Shown here: one piece after another, positions 1 to 11,743 of the stretch
Layout: every line of letters begins with the position of its first letter
Numbering within the stretch: the first letter of the stretch is position 1
Source: Fimicolochytrium jonesii
Lineage: Eukaryota
Direction of reading: 5' to 3'
NCBI RefSeq assembly: GCF_025526975.1
Contig: NW_026515669.1
Coordinates: 682,001 to 746,000, forward strand
Length of the DNA: 64,000 bases
Notes under the pieces: model-generated
Database searches by the model: none
Seen by the model: the letters and a program-made list of their open reading frames with translations, nothing else
Told to the model about the DNA's origin: nothing
Position numbers and translations under genes: made by a program

Positions 1-717
1 GATCTCGGGTATTTGAAAAGCCTTCAGATCCTGGACAGAACCAGCCTGCATCGGGATTCGGAAGTTGTCAGGGATTGCACTCGCAGGGAGATCGTGGTCA
101 TTGCCCAGATGTACCTTCACACTCTGCAAGAGCCATTCAGGGCTGACGACCTGTACACCATCTCCGAGCCGAGGTATCTTGAGTGCACGAAGCAGCCGAG
201 ACGGGGGGAGTCGGGTGATGAGGATAACGTTCTTTCCCGCTTTGTGGCTATCGCAGACGGTCCCACCCGATGCGACGAACTGACTCTTCAAACGTATTTG
301 CTCCCGAATAGATATGCCTCCTGGCACCATGGAAGCGGAGAGACCGTGAAACAGGGTGTCGGAGGTCACATCTTCCTCTCCACTTGGAACCTCGATGACC
401 TCCCGTTTCTTCGAAGGTAACTTCAACTTCGACGTTGTAATTCCGCCTGTCGTCGGAGCTTCCTGTTCCCGGTTCGCCGTGCGCGGTCGTTTGGGCGTTC
501 TTTCCTTCCCTATGGCCTTCGTGTTCGGTGAGCGGGCGACTTTGACAGCTCCGTCATCCGAATACAGTGTCAAGTCTATCACAGCAGGGTCGCTATTGTT
601 GAAGTCCGGCGTGACGTCCCTCCGCCTTTTGTGCTGCTGGCTTGACGACGGCTGAGACCCTTGAGGGCTGCGAGCCGAGCGGCCCGAGGTGTGCTGTCGA
701 AAAAGGACCGAATCCAT
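1..717 (-). CDS. BRCT-domain protein, N-terminal part (runs off window edge); possibly a DNA-repair protein such as an X-family polymerase
   Basis: Open frame from ATG at 717 to position 1 (absent from the ORF track because it has no stop). MDSVLFRQ...LFHGLSASMVPGG...FVASGGTV...VQVVSPEWLLQSV fits the BRCT pattern (LFxG...GG...VVxxxWLxxS). Confidence 0.6.
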   Translation of the reverse strand, partial: MDSVLFRQHTSGRSARSPQGSQPSSSQQHKRRRDVTPDFNNSDPAVIDLTLYSDDGAVKVARSPNTKAIGKERTPKRPRTANREQEAPTTGGITTSKLKLPSKKREVIEVPSGEEDVTSDTLFHGLSASMVPGGISIREQIRLKSQFVASGGTVCDSHKAGKNVILITRLPPSRLLRALKIPRLGDGVQVVSPEWLLQSVKVHLGNDHDLPASAIPDNFRIPMQAGSVQDLKAFQIPEI

Positions 718-916
718 GGCGAGGAACCGAGCGACGGAATAGGTGGCAGGTCTCGAATGGCGATGCGGCGCACATTTGCGAAGACTTTGGCGGGCGAGAA
801 AGCGCATGGTCGGACAACGGGGATGCTTTCGGACAAAAAGTGACAGAGTGACGAGTCACCCGGCTGTCCCAAGTTCCAAATGCAGCGCAGCTACTGTACA
901 TACATACATATATATA

Positions 917-2312
917 CAGTATGGGACTATAAAGCTGCACATACCCGTCAGAGTTTGGCCGGCCCCCATAGACGCGACTCGCGACTGGCGGCTTCAAGCT
1001 GTGATAACCATGGTTGAAGCGGCCGCAATTGCGAGATCCCTTTTCCCAACATCTTCACCAACATCTTACCACATCCATCTTGACACCACACCAACACCTA
1101 CACCAAAGCAGGAGCAACGGCATGGGGAGGCCTCTCACCCCACAGAAGAGGGCTGCCATCGTTGCACTGCATAAAGCAGGCCAGAATAAGTGTGCAATAG
1201 CGAGACTGGAAAGCGTGAGCCTCTCCGCTGTTCAGAGGACTATTAAGGTTTACGGCGAGCAGGACCCTGGCAACTCCAACTCCTACCAGTCAAAAAAACC
1301 ATCTGGCCGACCAGCTAAGTATCAACCCTCTGAGGATGACTTGGAGCGTTTTCGCAGCTTAGTTCTTGCAAGCAGCGAGACATGAGCCAAGTCACTCTCA
1401 GTTCTTACAACTGAATTCACCGCTCTCAGAGGCATCAATGTTTACAAAAAGACGTTGTGCCGGTATCTTCGAATTCACTTGGACCTCCATTCGCGGTACG
1501 AAATTCGGAAACCGTTGTTAACGGATCGGCACCGGGCTGCCCGGCTTGCGTTTGCATTGGAGCATCAGCATTGGACACACACTGACTGGTCGAGGGTGGT
1601 TTGGACTGATGAAACATCATTCGAAATTGGGTGGGACCCAAAAATGCGATGCTGGCGCCTTCGAACTGAAGCTTTTCATCGAGATTGCGTACAGGTCACA
1701 CAGACGAGCAGCTGCAAAACATTCATGTATTGGGGAGCCTTCATCGGGAATGCCATCGGTCCAATGAATGAAGTGGAGCGAGTTCAGCGTCCTGGTGAAC
1801 ACCGTAGGGGTATCAACTCAACTGCTTACGTGGCGCTTACGTGGCGCACTTGACAACTCACATGCTGCCCATGTGGCGTAATCTTGAGATTTTTATCCCT
1901 AATCCACTTTTTATGCAGGACAATGCTCCAATCCACACAAGTGCTGAAACTCGTCAGTTCTTTACTGAGCACGGCATTGAGGTTATGCCCTGGCCTGCGC
2001 AGAGTCCGGACCTCAACCCGATTGAGAACCTCTGAGCGATGATGAAGCGGGAGGTCTCCGCAGTCAATGCAACGGCAACGACAATAGAGCAGGTAGTGCA
2101 GCAGGTCTGGCCGACAATGGGTAGACATTTGGATAATCTAGTTGCGTCAATGCTGAGGCAGATGGCTGCGGTGATAGCTGCCAACGGGGGAAGCACAACG
2201 TATTAGGTCTATATATATAGATCTGATGCCGTGATTAAGGATGATGAGTCACGCTCTCAACGGCGGTCACTGACTTAATCGTGGGTATGTGCAGCTTTAT
2301 GGTCCCATACTG
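917..2312 (+). mobile_element. Tc1/mariner DNA transposon, decayed
   Basis: 30-bp TIRs CAGTATGGGAC(T/C)ATAAAGCTGCACATACCC at 917-946 and 2283-2312; TA target duplication at 915-916 and 2313-2314. Confidence 0.95.
1122..2206 (+). pseudogene. Tc1-type DDE transposase pseudogene
   Basis: N-terminal HTH, then WSRVVWTDETSF, FMQDNAPIH and WPAQSPDLNPIENL motifs; in-frame TGA at 1383 and 2033 and a frameshift near 1840. Confidence 0.93.
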
Positions 2313-2581
2313 TACAATACTTCCACGGCGTAAGACGTGTGATGGATCAGTCATTTTACTGTATTATATATAGGGAATTGCTAACAACGCTACCCGTGTT
2401 TGCTATCCAGGCTACCCTCTGCATCTGCAGATCATTTTGCAGATCATTTTTCTTCTCACTGCCGCACGCGTCCCGAGAGCATATAAGGCCAGGGGCTCAC
2501 TTCCGAGCCCTCCAACCATTGCCGCTCACTCCCCCGAGTACTTTGCACACCTGGAAGTGAGCCACATACACACAAACCTCC

Positions 2582-2911
2582 ATGGCTGAGGAACTCATTG
2601 AGTGAGCCTTTGACTTGATCTTTCAACGAAAAATTAACGACCTCCTTGCCCTCTTGCCCCACACAAGACAAGCCCAGACATACAACGGCAAGCAATATTA
2701 CGCATTTTCCGACCTCCCTAAGCCATTGACAACAGCCCTTCGCGGTGGCGAACTTGACATCCACGTTGGTGTTCAGATTCGCACTCGTGGCATTTGTCAA
2801 CGCTACACCCTTATCCCAAAAGACTTCATTGACTCGTTCGACGCAGACCCATCCACCGACTACGATTCCAGCGATGGCGAAAACAGTGCGTGCACCCAAG
2901 CCCACGCCTAA
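2582..2911 (+). pseudogene. Small hypothetical ORF inside the MULE (~109 codons, one internal TGA)
   Basis: ATG at 2582 is in frame with track ORF 2615-2911. A single TGA at codon 8 (plausibly CGA>TGA) interrupts it, and it overlaps the H3-like start. No recognisable domain. Confidence 0.35.
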
Positions 2912-3547
2912 TCATCCCAAGACATCTGGGAAGTCTCCACGTTTTCCCGTTCCTCCCGCGGGTGCCGCACGTCACCAGATCGTCAAGCAGAAGAAGCCCA
3001 CGTGCATCATTACCAGCGACTCCAAAGATGAATCCCGCAACAGTATTGACAGAATCTGTTGTGGTCTCGACAACGACGCCGACAATGACAGCGACACGAC
3101 TGACAACGACAACCAGGAAGCGCAGCCTTCGCTCCCCAAACCTACGCGCGCGCCCGCCACAAAGCCCAGGGTCAGACGCCGCGCTAAGGCTGCTGTAGCT
3201 GCCGTCCGCGAGATTCGAAACCTGCAGAATTCAACTGAGCTCCTTTTCCGCAAGTTGCCCTTCCAGCGTCTTGTCCGTGAGATCACGAACGACCTTTATG
3301 AAGAACCTACCGCTTTCAGGGTGCCGCATTGGGAGCTCTGCAGGAGGCAACAGAGATCTACCTTGTCGCATTGATGGAGGACACTAACCTGGCTGCTCTT
3401 CACGCAAAGCGTGGCACCAATAAGCCTGTGGACATGGTACACGTTTGCACTATCCGAAACGAAATTCCGCGTGTTGAGAAGGGGGTCAAGAGGTCTCGCA
3501 GTACCCCTGAGAACCAGACTAGTCTCCCGAACAACACTAGGATTTAG
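2874..3547 (+). pseudogene. Histone H3-like protein with extended tail (one -1 frameshift at ~3306)
   Basis: [28 protein letters not shown] (frame 1) continues as [37 protein letters not shown] (frame 2), together forming the H3 histone fold. Restoring one base at GAA-CC-TAC gives a 224-aa intronless ORF. Confidence 0.92.
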
Positions 3548-4108
3548 ACTTTGTACTTGTGCTGTACTCTACATGTTTTACAATAGAAACTGGCTACTAC
3601 TACTTTGCGAGCTATCCTGTGCGCCGCTGGCACGTTGCTTACATGTTCTGGCATCATGTCCACTCTCACGGCACAAACGGCACAGACGGGGGCGCTGCGT
3701 TTGACCAGAAAGACCGTTTTCCATGTGTTCGTGCAGGGAGAGGTCACGGGTGGTTGAAGTGATACGTTTGTCACGATTGGGGGCACCACGCGGGCGTCCC
3801 TTGCCCTGACGGATGATAGGGTCATGCAAGGCATAGTGCTGTGAGCCCATGGCACCTAGAACCTCCCGCAATCGATCTTGCTGGTGCGGAGCAAGACGTG
3901 GATAAGTTTCTTGTATCTGTGTCAACAGAGGCTGGACGGCAGGAGGACCAGGTGCCTGTGTGTCGAGGGTACCGTTCACAAGTGCGGTGAGGTGCCAATG
4001 CACATCAAAATCAGATACACATAGGCCCCTGCCGTTTTCAACTCGAGTGCGTGACGTGTGGCTGCAGGGTATGCCCATGGTCCCATGGTCGTGGTAAATG
4101 CACCTGAG

Positions 4109-4638
4109 TGTTATGGACGACGCGTCCAGACCATGCGCTTACCTCATGACAGCATCCCAACAGTCAGTCAATGTCAATTCCCTGTCAAAACCTGACATCT
4201 GCCAAACCTCGCAGCCGCACGCAGCCGCGCTACCCCACACCTGCCACTGCCTTCATTTCTCCACGCAGCCGCACGTAGCCACACCTCCCAACACTCGGCG
4301 CTTACAAACCCTTCTCCATACTTCCCCACGTACCCGCCCACAGCCTCAGCGTAGCCACCCCATCCCCAGTCTTCTGTTTCTATGCTTCCCCACCCTTGGC
4401 GCTTCTCTTGGCTTCCCTCTCATTCCGTACCCTTCTGCTTCCCCACGCTTCCCCAGCCTTCCCAGAAAAGCATAAATAGCCGCCTCCCCTGAGCTCCCCA
4501 CTTCCTGATCCCCCAGCAGATCAACACCAGTTCTTCCTAGTCTTGTTCTAGTTCTTGTTTCGGTCTGAATACCATTACCTGTCAACAACCTGCACCACAA
4601 GTCGCCTCTATTTCCGTCGGCTCCGCCCATTCATAACA
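4109..4638. mobile_element. Solo LTR (530 bp) of a second LTR-retrotransposon family
   Basis: TGTTATG...CATAACA termini and a perfect 5-bp TSD CTGAG (4104-4108, 4639-4643). It splits the transposase SWIM motif exactly between CS and GAFT. Confidence 0.88.
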
Positions 4639-5660
4639 CTGAGCACCGCTCATCCTTGGACTCCTTGATCATCCACAACGCACGTAGATGCTGCTGGTGT
4701 GCTTTAGCGAGAGCGACGGATGAGATGCGGTAGGTTACATCTTGGTAGAAAACATTGTTGAACTGAAATTGCATGCGGATCTGATCGGATGCATGTGCGG
4801 CCTTGATTTCGAGGCTTGTGTTTGTAAAGTACGTTGCAAGTCGCTTCTCCACATCCCGAAGATGGAGCGTTGACATGTTGAGGTACTTCTTGATGGTTGC
4901 ATGACCGCCTTCAACCCGGGACGTGTTGACATTGCCATAATGGCGCACTTGATTTGTCCAGGCTGCAGTAAAACGCTCCTTGTATGGCAACCAGGTTTCG
5001 GTGAGGTATTGAATGGCCCCCGGGTATCCAGCGTACTGATTGTGGAGATAGTCCCATGCTTCAGCAAACCCATCAGGTGTAGTTGCGTTAATCACCTGCA
5101 ATGCTTGCGTTAGTCATGGATAACATGTGCGCATTGAGAATATGTCCTTACCGCAGTCCAAAGCTTTAGGAAGCTGTCCCACTCCTCGCCTGCACCAAAC
5201 ACGGGCATGCACCTGGCAAGTACGTTCTTTTGAATGTGCCAGACACACAGAAGGTTTGCTGCGTGCGGAAACCTTGAAGGGATTGCATTCATCAATGCCT
5301 TCTCGCAATCCGTGAGCATGACCTTCACTAGATCAGGTGACGGCAAGAGTTTCAGGAGACACTCAAGTGCCCATGCATAGTCTGCCTCAAGTTCCTGTTT
5401 CCTGTTGGAGGAACCCGATGGCTATGGTGAACGTTTTCTTGAGCGAGGTCTCGCCGAGAATATGAAACATTGGCATCTTGAACTTGTCTGTCTTGTACGT
5501 GCAATCCATGAAGATCACGGTAGGATAGCGCTGGAGGAGGGCAATGCACTCAGGATGTGCGAAGAAGAGGTGCGTCAGGTTGTTGTCGGCACTGGCGCGG
5601 TATTCGGTATGGTAGGATCCACCCTGTAGCTGTTGGAGAAGCGACTGCAATGGGGTGCGG

Positions 5661-5935
5661 TGTAACGTCAGAGGAAACATAGACGATATTGGGCCCTTCT
5701 GAGAGGGCTGAGAGCAGTGTATTGTAGTGAAGAAAAAAGTAAGAAGCTCTTTGCAGCGGCTGCTCAACTGACAGCTTTATATATGGGCTGCCAGTGGGGC
5801 TTGCGTGGCTTCAGTGAGGCTTGGCGCCTTATGTAGTGTATCACCGAGAGCTCGGGTGGCCAGCCCGGGTCTCGGATCAAGTAGAAGTAAAGAGATATAA
5901 TATGAAATATAAATTATGATGAGATATCCCTGACA
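5661..5935 (-). repeat. 3' LTR of the Gypsy element
   Basis: Direct repeat of 11469-11743 with about 9 substitutions. Confidence 0.97.
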
Positions 5936-6201
5936 CCTCCCTCAGATCCTGAGGAGGGTGCCGAATGAATAAGAGGTGAACTACGAGGGATGTGTGAAGA
6001 AAGGGAGAGCTCATGTTCATTTTAAAGTGTTGACGCACTTGTTCATTTTATTGTGTTGACGCACTGTGTGATGTGTGTGTGTAAGGTCGGTTCTTGCGTC
6101 GCCGCGCGTGATGTGATGTGGTCTACATCGCTATTGTCAGCGGTGTGATTGATACTGAGCGGTTCTTGCGGCGTCGCGCGTGTGATGTGATATGAGATGC
6201 T

Positions 6202-9200
6202 CTATGCTGTTCGTCTCCGTATCCACAAAGATTGTGGATGAGCTTTTCGCCATCGTTTGCAGGCAGGCGTGTAGCGAAGTGCGGATTCGGGTTCCCAAGT
6301 AGGGTCAGGATAACCGAGCCATTTGACTAGAAGATTTCGTACGGCGCGTCGCTCGTCGATGATGTCTTCTACAACCCATTCAGGTTGTCCGCGTTCTTCG
6401 ATTGGTGGAGGAGGTTGTGGAACTGCACGTTGCGGATATTGCTCTTCGCGATGTGGTCATAAAATATCGACGTGAAAGATGGGCCAGATGCCGCTGATCT
6501 TCGATGGTGATAAATCGAGTTCGTAGGTATCAGGATGTGCTCCCGGTGCAATGATTTTGAATGGTCCAATCCACGTAGCTGAGTATTGAAGTCCTCTTCG
6601 TGCGTCTACTTCTAGGTTGATTCCTTGTTGGTTCAGATTGACGAGGTCGCCAATTTTGTATGCGATTGGCGTTCAACCTTTGTCGTGTTGACGTGCGAAT
6701 TGATCTTGCGATCTCTGAAGGTTTTCGCGTACAATACGGGCGATGTCTTCCTGCCCTTTCTTGAAGAGTTCGATTTCGTTTCGATCTACAGCTCGAAGTT
6801 TGAGTTCTTGTCCTTTGAGTGGAGGATTCCAACCCAGGAGGATTGGAGAGCGTCCAAGATCTACTTCGAATGGCGATAAATCTTCATATTCCTCCCTCGG
6901 AGCGGTGTTGTATGCGAATTCGATTAAAGGCAATAGTTTCTTCCAATTGCTTTTGTCGTAATTGAGGTATTGCTTCCAAATCCTTTTCAGGGTTTCGATA
7001 GCTCGCTCAACTTTGCCGTCAGTTTGCTGATGACGAGCCGTAGCGAATTCGTGTTTTACACCGAGGAGAACATCGAATGCGAGGAAGAAGTCGGGAAGTG
7101 CGCGAGGTTCGCGATCCGTAATGAAGACTTTTGGCGTACCGACATGTTTCCAAACATGATCTAGAAAGACTTGGGCTAGTTTGCGTCCAGTAATTGTCTT
7201 CTTAATTGGTGTCAGAATCACACGTCCGGAAAGGTAATCAATGCAGACGAGACAAGAGTTTGTTTCATCTACTTCGAAAATGTCGAATTCGATCGTGTGC
7301 CATCTTCCAAAAGGTATAGGAAGAGGTCGAAGAAATCCGTATTGACGATGACCAGGTTTGAATTGTCGACAGGATTTGCACGTTCCAACGTATTTGATGA
7401 CGTCGGAGCGTACGGTAGGCCAGTAATAGTCCGTAAGAATTCTCGCGAGAGTCTTCTTAACACCGACATGTCCTCCGGTGGCAAGCTTGTCATGGAATTT
7501 CGGCAAAATCTTCAGGCGAATGTCTTTAGGAGAGTATAGACGGCCTTCGTGTCGTACTAATCCATTTTCGAACGTATAACGGAGTTCTTTCGAAGTTTTC
7601 TCGTGTTGGGACTTTCCAGAAATTTCATCGAGATAATCCGAATATGGATCTTTGCGTAGCGCTTTTTTCCGCTCTTCTTCTGAGCAAGTAGGTGAGTTTT
7701 GTGGATCGTCTGTCGTAGCGTTGGAGGAAGGTTCGTTGACAAGCATGTTGCTGATCTGCGTATGCATGTCGAGGCGTTGTTGACAATCTACACACCGAGG
7801 CGCATAGATTGGATTGCGGGAGAGCATGTCGGCGATATGATTCCATCGTCCAGGTAAATACTGGATATTGAAATCATACTCTTGTAGCTTTTCCACCCAA
7901 TTGGCTTGTCTTCTGCTCAAATGGGGTTGCATTTGGATGAATTCGAGTCCCTTGTGATCGCTAAAACATCGGAAGTAACGACCGATGAGATATGGTCGAT
8001 TGGCGACCAACATCTTGACAAGAGCTAATAGCTCCTGTTCGTGACTAGGATATCGAGTTTCTGCGTCCTTCATCTTTCTAGAAAAGAAGACCACAGGCCG
8101 GAGCCGGGGTAACTTCTTCCATTGTCCGAAGAGAGTAGGCAGATTTGTAGGGATCGTTTCATCGCGCGAAGGTTGTCCAATCGAGCCAGTGATAGCGTAG
8201 CCTGATGAGTCGGTATAGACGTAAATCGGCTTGGCTTCGTTGATGGTTGCTAGCGTAGGCGCATTGATCAACGCTTCTTTCAACTTTTGAAATGCCTCTT
8301 GTTACTCAGGACCCCATCGAAATTTGACTTTCGAAGGTTGAATACTTGATAGGGGCAGAGCAATGTCCGAATAACCTTGTACGAAGTCGAGGAAGTAGTT
8401 CGTGAACCCGAGAAAGCTTTGAACTCCTTTTGTTGACTTTGGAGTAGCCCAATCCTTGATAGCTTGGATTTTCGAGGGCGCGATGCGAACACCATGTCTT
8501 CCGACAATATGTCCACACCATTTGAGTTCTTCTTTAGCCCATACGCACTTTGAAGGCTTGATGAAAAGGGCGTGTTCTTCAAGTTTCTTCAGGATACAAT
8601 CGACGTGTTCCCGATGTTCGGCTAAGGTCTTCGAGAAAATGAAGATGTCGTCCAGGTAGGTTGCGAGGAATTCGTCGTAATCTTTATGGAAGATCTTATT
8701 CATAAGACGTTGAAATGCAGCAGGTGCGTTGATAAGTCCGAACGGCATGACCAAATACTCAAAATGTTTGAAGCGAGTTCGTATTGCCGTTTTTTCCCGA
8801 TCTTGTTTTCGTATAAGAAGACGATGGTATGCTTCTCGAATCTCGATAAGCGTAAACCATATACAACCTTGAATTTGATCCCTCATCTCACAAATATTGG
8901 GTAAAGGAGTGCGATCTTTCTTGGTGATGGCGTTGAGACCTTGGTAGTCCCAACAGATGCGCAATCCGCCATCTTTCTTTTTCGCAAAGACGACACTAGC
9001 TCCCCAGGGACTTGAGGAGTGTTGTATCCATCCTTTTTCGAGCATCGAGGTGATTTGTTTCTTAAGTTCAGCGAATTCTTCTTTATTCATATGCCGAAGA
9101 GGTTGCCAAACAGGTTCAGCACCTTCAGTGAGTTCGATCTTGAAATTATCTTCTCCGCGATCAGGGGGTAGACCTTCCAGTTCCTTGAAGAGCGTATTGA

Positions 9201-10035
9201 CGTGTTTATTTAGGATATCCTTGAGATGTCCTGGATTTCCTTTAAGCTCTTGAGGAGCATCCGGGATTTCGTTAAGAGCAAGGCGACAGACTGTGTCTTT
9301 TTCAAACTTGTTCCGTCGCCAAGCCTTGTTAAATCGCTTGGAAGTCATTTCTATGACTCGAGGATTGCGAAGGGCATTAGCTTGGGCAATCCGAGATACA
9401 TAATGAGGTGCGGCTTGTAGAGGACAAGTATCCACAGGTTTAATGATCCGAACAGGTCGAACGGGTCTTTTATCATAGACCGGATCTCGTTGAACATCGA
9501 AGTAAGGGTTGTTGTGTTTTGGGATATATTCGACGTCTTCCCAGTTTCTTGAAGTTCTTTCGCACTTGATGGTGACAGACTGCGGTGCGTTTGGTATAGG
9601 GCCATAATTGGTCCAGCGAAGGATAGGTAAGGTACTCATCGAGAATTGTTCAGCGTGATTAAAGAAACGCCAGAAACGCATTCCAATAATAACGTCATAA
9701 GCCAGATTACTGACTAGCCAGGGAAGCTGTCCAACTAAGAAAAGCGACTGAGATTCGAGATCCCATAGATCTAACTTTTCCGAAACGACCGTGTCGAGAA
9801 TCATGTAGGATTCTTTGTCGGCCAGCCATATCTGCTTCAGTTCGATATGTTTCTTGGGAAATTTGTGCTTTTCGACAAATGTCTTGTCAAGGAATAACCC
9901 AGTTGCGCCGCTATCGAAAAGAACACGAGCAAACTTGTTTCCGATGCGACAATGAGAGACCCAGGGTCCAGCAGACAGTGGTTCAAAGGCAGGTTTATCG
10001 GTAGGATTGTATGTTGTAGGCCCAGCAGAGGGGCT
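6202..10035 (-). pseudogene. pol: protease, reverse transcriptase, RNase H, integrase, chromodomain (several nonsense mutations)
   Basis: LFDSGAT (PR); MPFGLINAPAAFQR and YLDD (RT); YTDSS and FSDH (RH); GGHVG..CKSC and HQQTDGKVER (IN); WIGPFKI (GPY/F); EWVVEDIIDER..LVKWLGYPDPTWEPESAL (chromodomain, ~6278-6383). Stops at 8302, 6673 and near 6457. Confidence 0.95.
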
Positions 10036-11374
10036 CTATCCACCTTGGAAAAAACTCGAAGATTGATTGGTCGTAGTATTCGTAGTATTCGTAGAGTTGA
10101 CGGCGTCATCGAGAATTTCCGTAATGCGTGACCCAGCATCAACCTGATTGGCTGAATCTTGTTGTTGATTAGGTTGGCGACTGCGCTGCGGAGTTTGAGC
10201 GCCACAACTGTGCCGTCGAAAACCACCGCGTCGGTTCTGGGTTTGCGAGCCTTGCTGTCGATTTTCAGGATTTGACCAGCATTCAACTCTCCAATGTCCC
10301 ATTTTAATACAAAGGGGACAAGGAGTCATTGGACGTTGACGAGGAACGTGAGTAGTTTGCCATTGTCCACGTCGACAAAAGGGCTGTTGACGTTGGTAGG
10401 GAATTTGACCTGTAGTGAGACGACTCACTCCAGGAGGATAGTATGACGTACCGAGGGCATTGAGCCCAAAAGTCATATCATCTAAGTCTTGCTCGAATTC
10501 CGCAATTCAAGGATTGGTGTAAGGGGTGAATTGTCCGCCACGACCGCCGCCACGACTACCCCGACCGCGACTGGCTCCACGGCCGCCACGAGCACTGGTT
10601 GCCGAGGCAATCGGACGAGGTGTATTGGCTTAGTTGCCGTCAGTGAACCCATGAGCCACATGAGCACGACGGGCGGCAGTGATAGCTTCATCGAGAGTGA
10701 TAGGGGTGTTGATGTTGGTAGTCTGCGAGACTACGAAGTTTGTAACGGCTTCAGCGAGATAATGACCGATTACCGTATTCTTGAGAAGACCGGCCTTGAA
10801 GTATCGAATCTGATCGATAAGGGGAATGGTGCCTTGATTGTTATCGAGACGATGAGCGGCTTCGAGCTCATTATTGGTCTCTTGAAACTCCTTGATATAT
10901 TGTTTCGAGAGAGTCACCGAGCTTGAGACCGGAGAGCTTGAGCTCAATAGTATTACGCAAGTTGCAAGGATAGAAGTGAGCGACAAGAGCCGTTTCGAAA
11001 GCTGCCCAATTTGCGGGAGGTCCAGCGGCTTAAGTCGTATTGTACTACTTGAGAGCAGTACCCTTGAGGTAGGTAGTGAGCGTAGGAGCGTACTCTGCCA
11101 TAGTAAAGGGTATGGCATTGGCAGCTCCGGTACCGTCTGTTCCAGCTGCTACAGCCGGGGCAGTGAGAGACTCGAGAACGTTGTGGTGAGACGTAACGGA
11201 CTCTTCGATCTTTTTGGCAGCTTTGGCGCCATTGTATTCGACGAGCTTGTTCTTGTGAGCATCCATAAGAAGTCTGAAACATTCCGCTCGTTGGACGTCC
11301 TGCGTAACAGCACGCTCCCGAGTAGCGAAAGCAGCTGCGACAGCCGCAACTATAGCTTGAGTTTGTTGGTCCAT
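10036..11374 (-). pseudogene. gag with CCHC zinc knuckle (stops and frameshift)
   Basis: MDQQTQ...YLKGTALK*...NWAAFETALVAHF..QYIKEF..IRYFKAGL (retrotransposon gag pattern), an RGG-rich stretch and CPLCIKMGHWRVEC. Confidence 0.85.
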
Positions 11375-11468
11375 TCTTGCTTGTGAACGAGTGTAAGGGC
11401 AACGTCCGGTAGAGGGGCGATGTTGACGAGGAATGTCTTGGTGATGCTAGCGGTAGGTGGTGCTACCA

Positions 11469-11743
11469 TGTAACGTCAGAGGAAACGTAGACGATATTGG
11501 GCCCTTCTGAGAGGGCTGAGAGCAGTGTATTGTAGTGAAGAAAAAAGTAAGAAGCTCTTCGCAGCGGCCGCTTGACTGACAGCTTTATATATGGGCTGCC
11601 AGTGGGGCTTGCGTGGCTTCAGTGAGGCTTGGCGCCTTATGTAATGTATCACCGAGAGCTCGGGTGGCCAGCCCGGGTCTCGGATCAAGTAGAAGTAAAG
11701 AGATATAATATGACATATAAATGATGATGAGATATCCCCGACA
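11469..11743 (-). repeat. 5' LTR of the Gypsy element
   Basis: Direct repeat of 5661-5935, adjacent to the PBS. Confidence 0.97.

Larger units (their letters stand above)
5661..11743 (-). mobile_element. Ty3/Gypsy chromovirus-type LTR retrotransposon, full length, decayed
   Basis: Two 275-bp TG..CA LTRs; 5-bp TSD TGCGG/TGTGG. PBS TGGTAGC follows the 5' LTR (as in Ty3, tRNA-iMet type) and PPT AGGATCTGAGGGAGG precedes the 3' LTR. Domain order gag-PR-RT-RH-IN-chromo. Confidence 0.97.

Noticed and set aside
2874..3547. Calling the H3-like gene the host CenH3/CENP-A
   Set aside because: It retains the Q68 and F84 equivalents, has an almost canonical loop 1 and lies inside MULE TIRs. Only the long tail is CenH3-like.
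5936..6200. Hairpin at the PPT and short direct repeats (TGTTGACGCACT x2; CGGTTCTTGCG..GTGATGTGAT x2)
   Set aside because: Ordinary retrotransposon 3' UTR repeats; not CRISPR-like, no regular spacers.
10489..11386. Plus-strand ORFs of 145 and 164 aa
   Set aside because: Antisense shadows of gag with no independent motifs.
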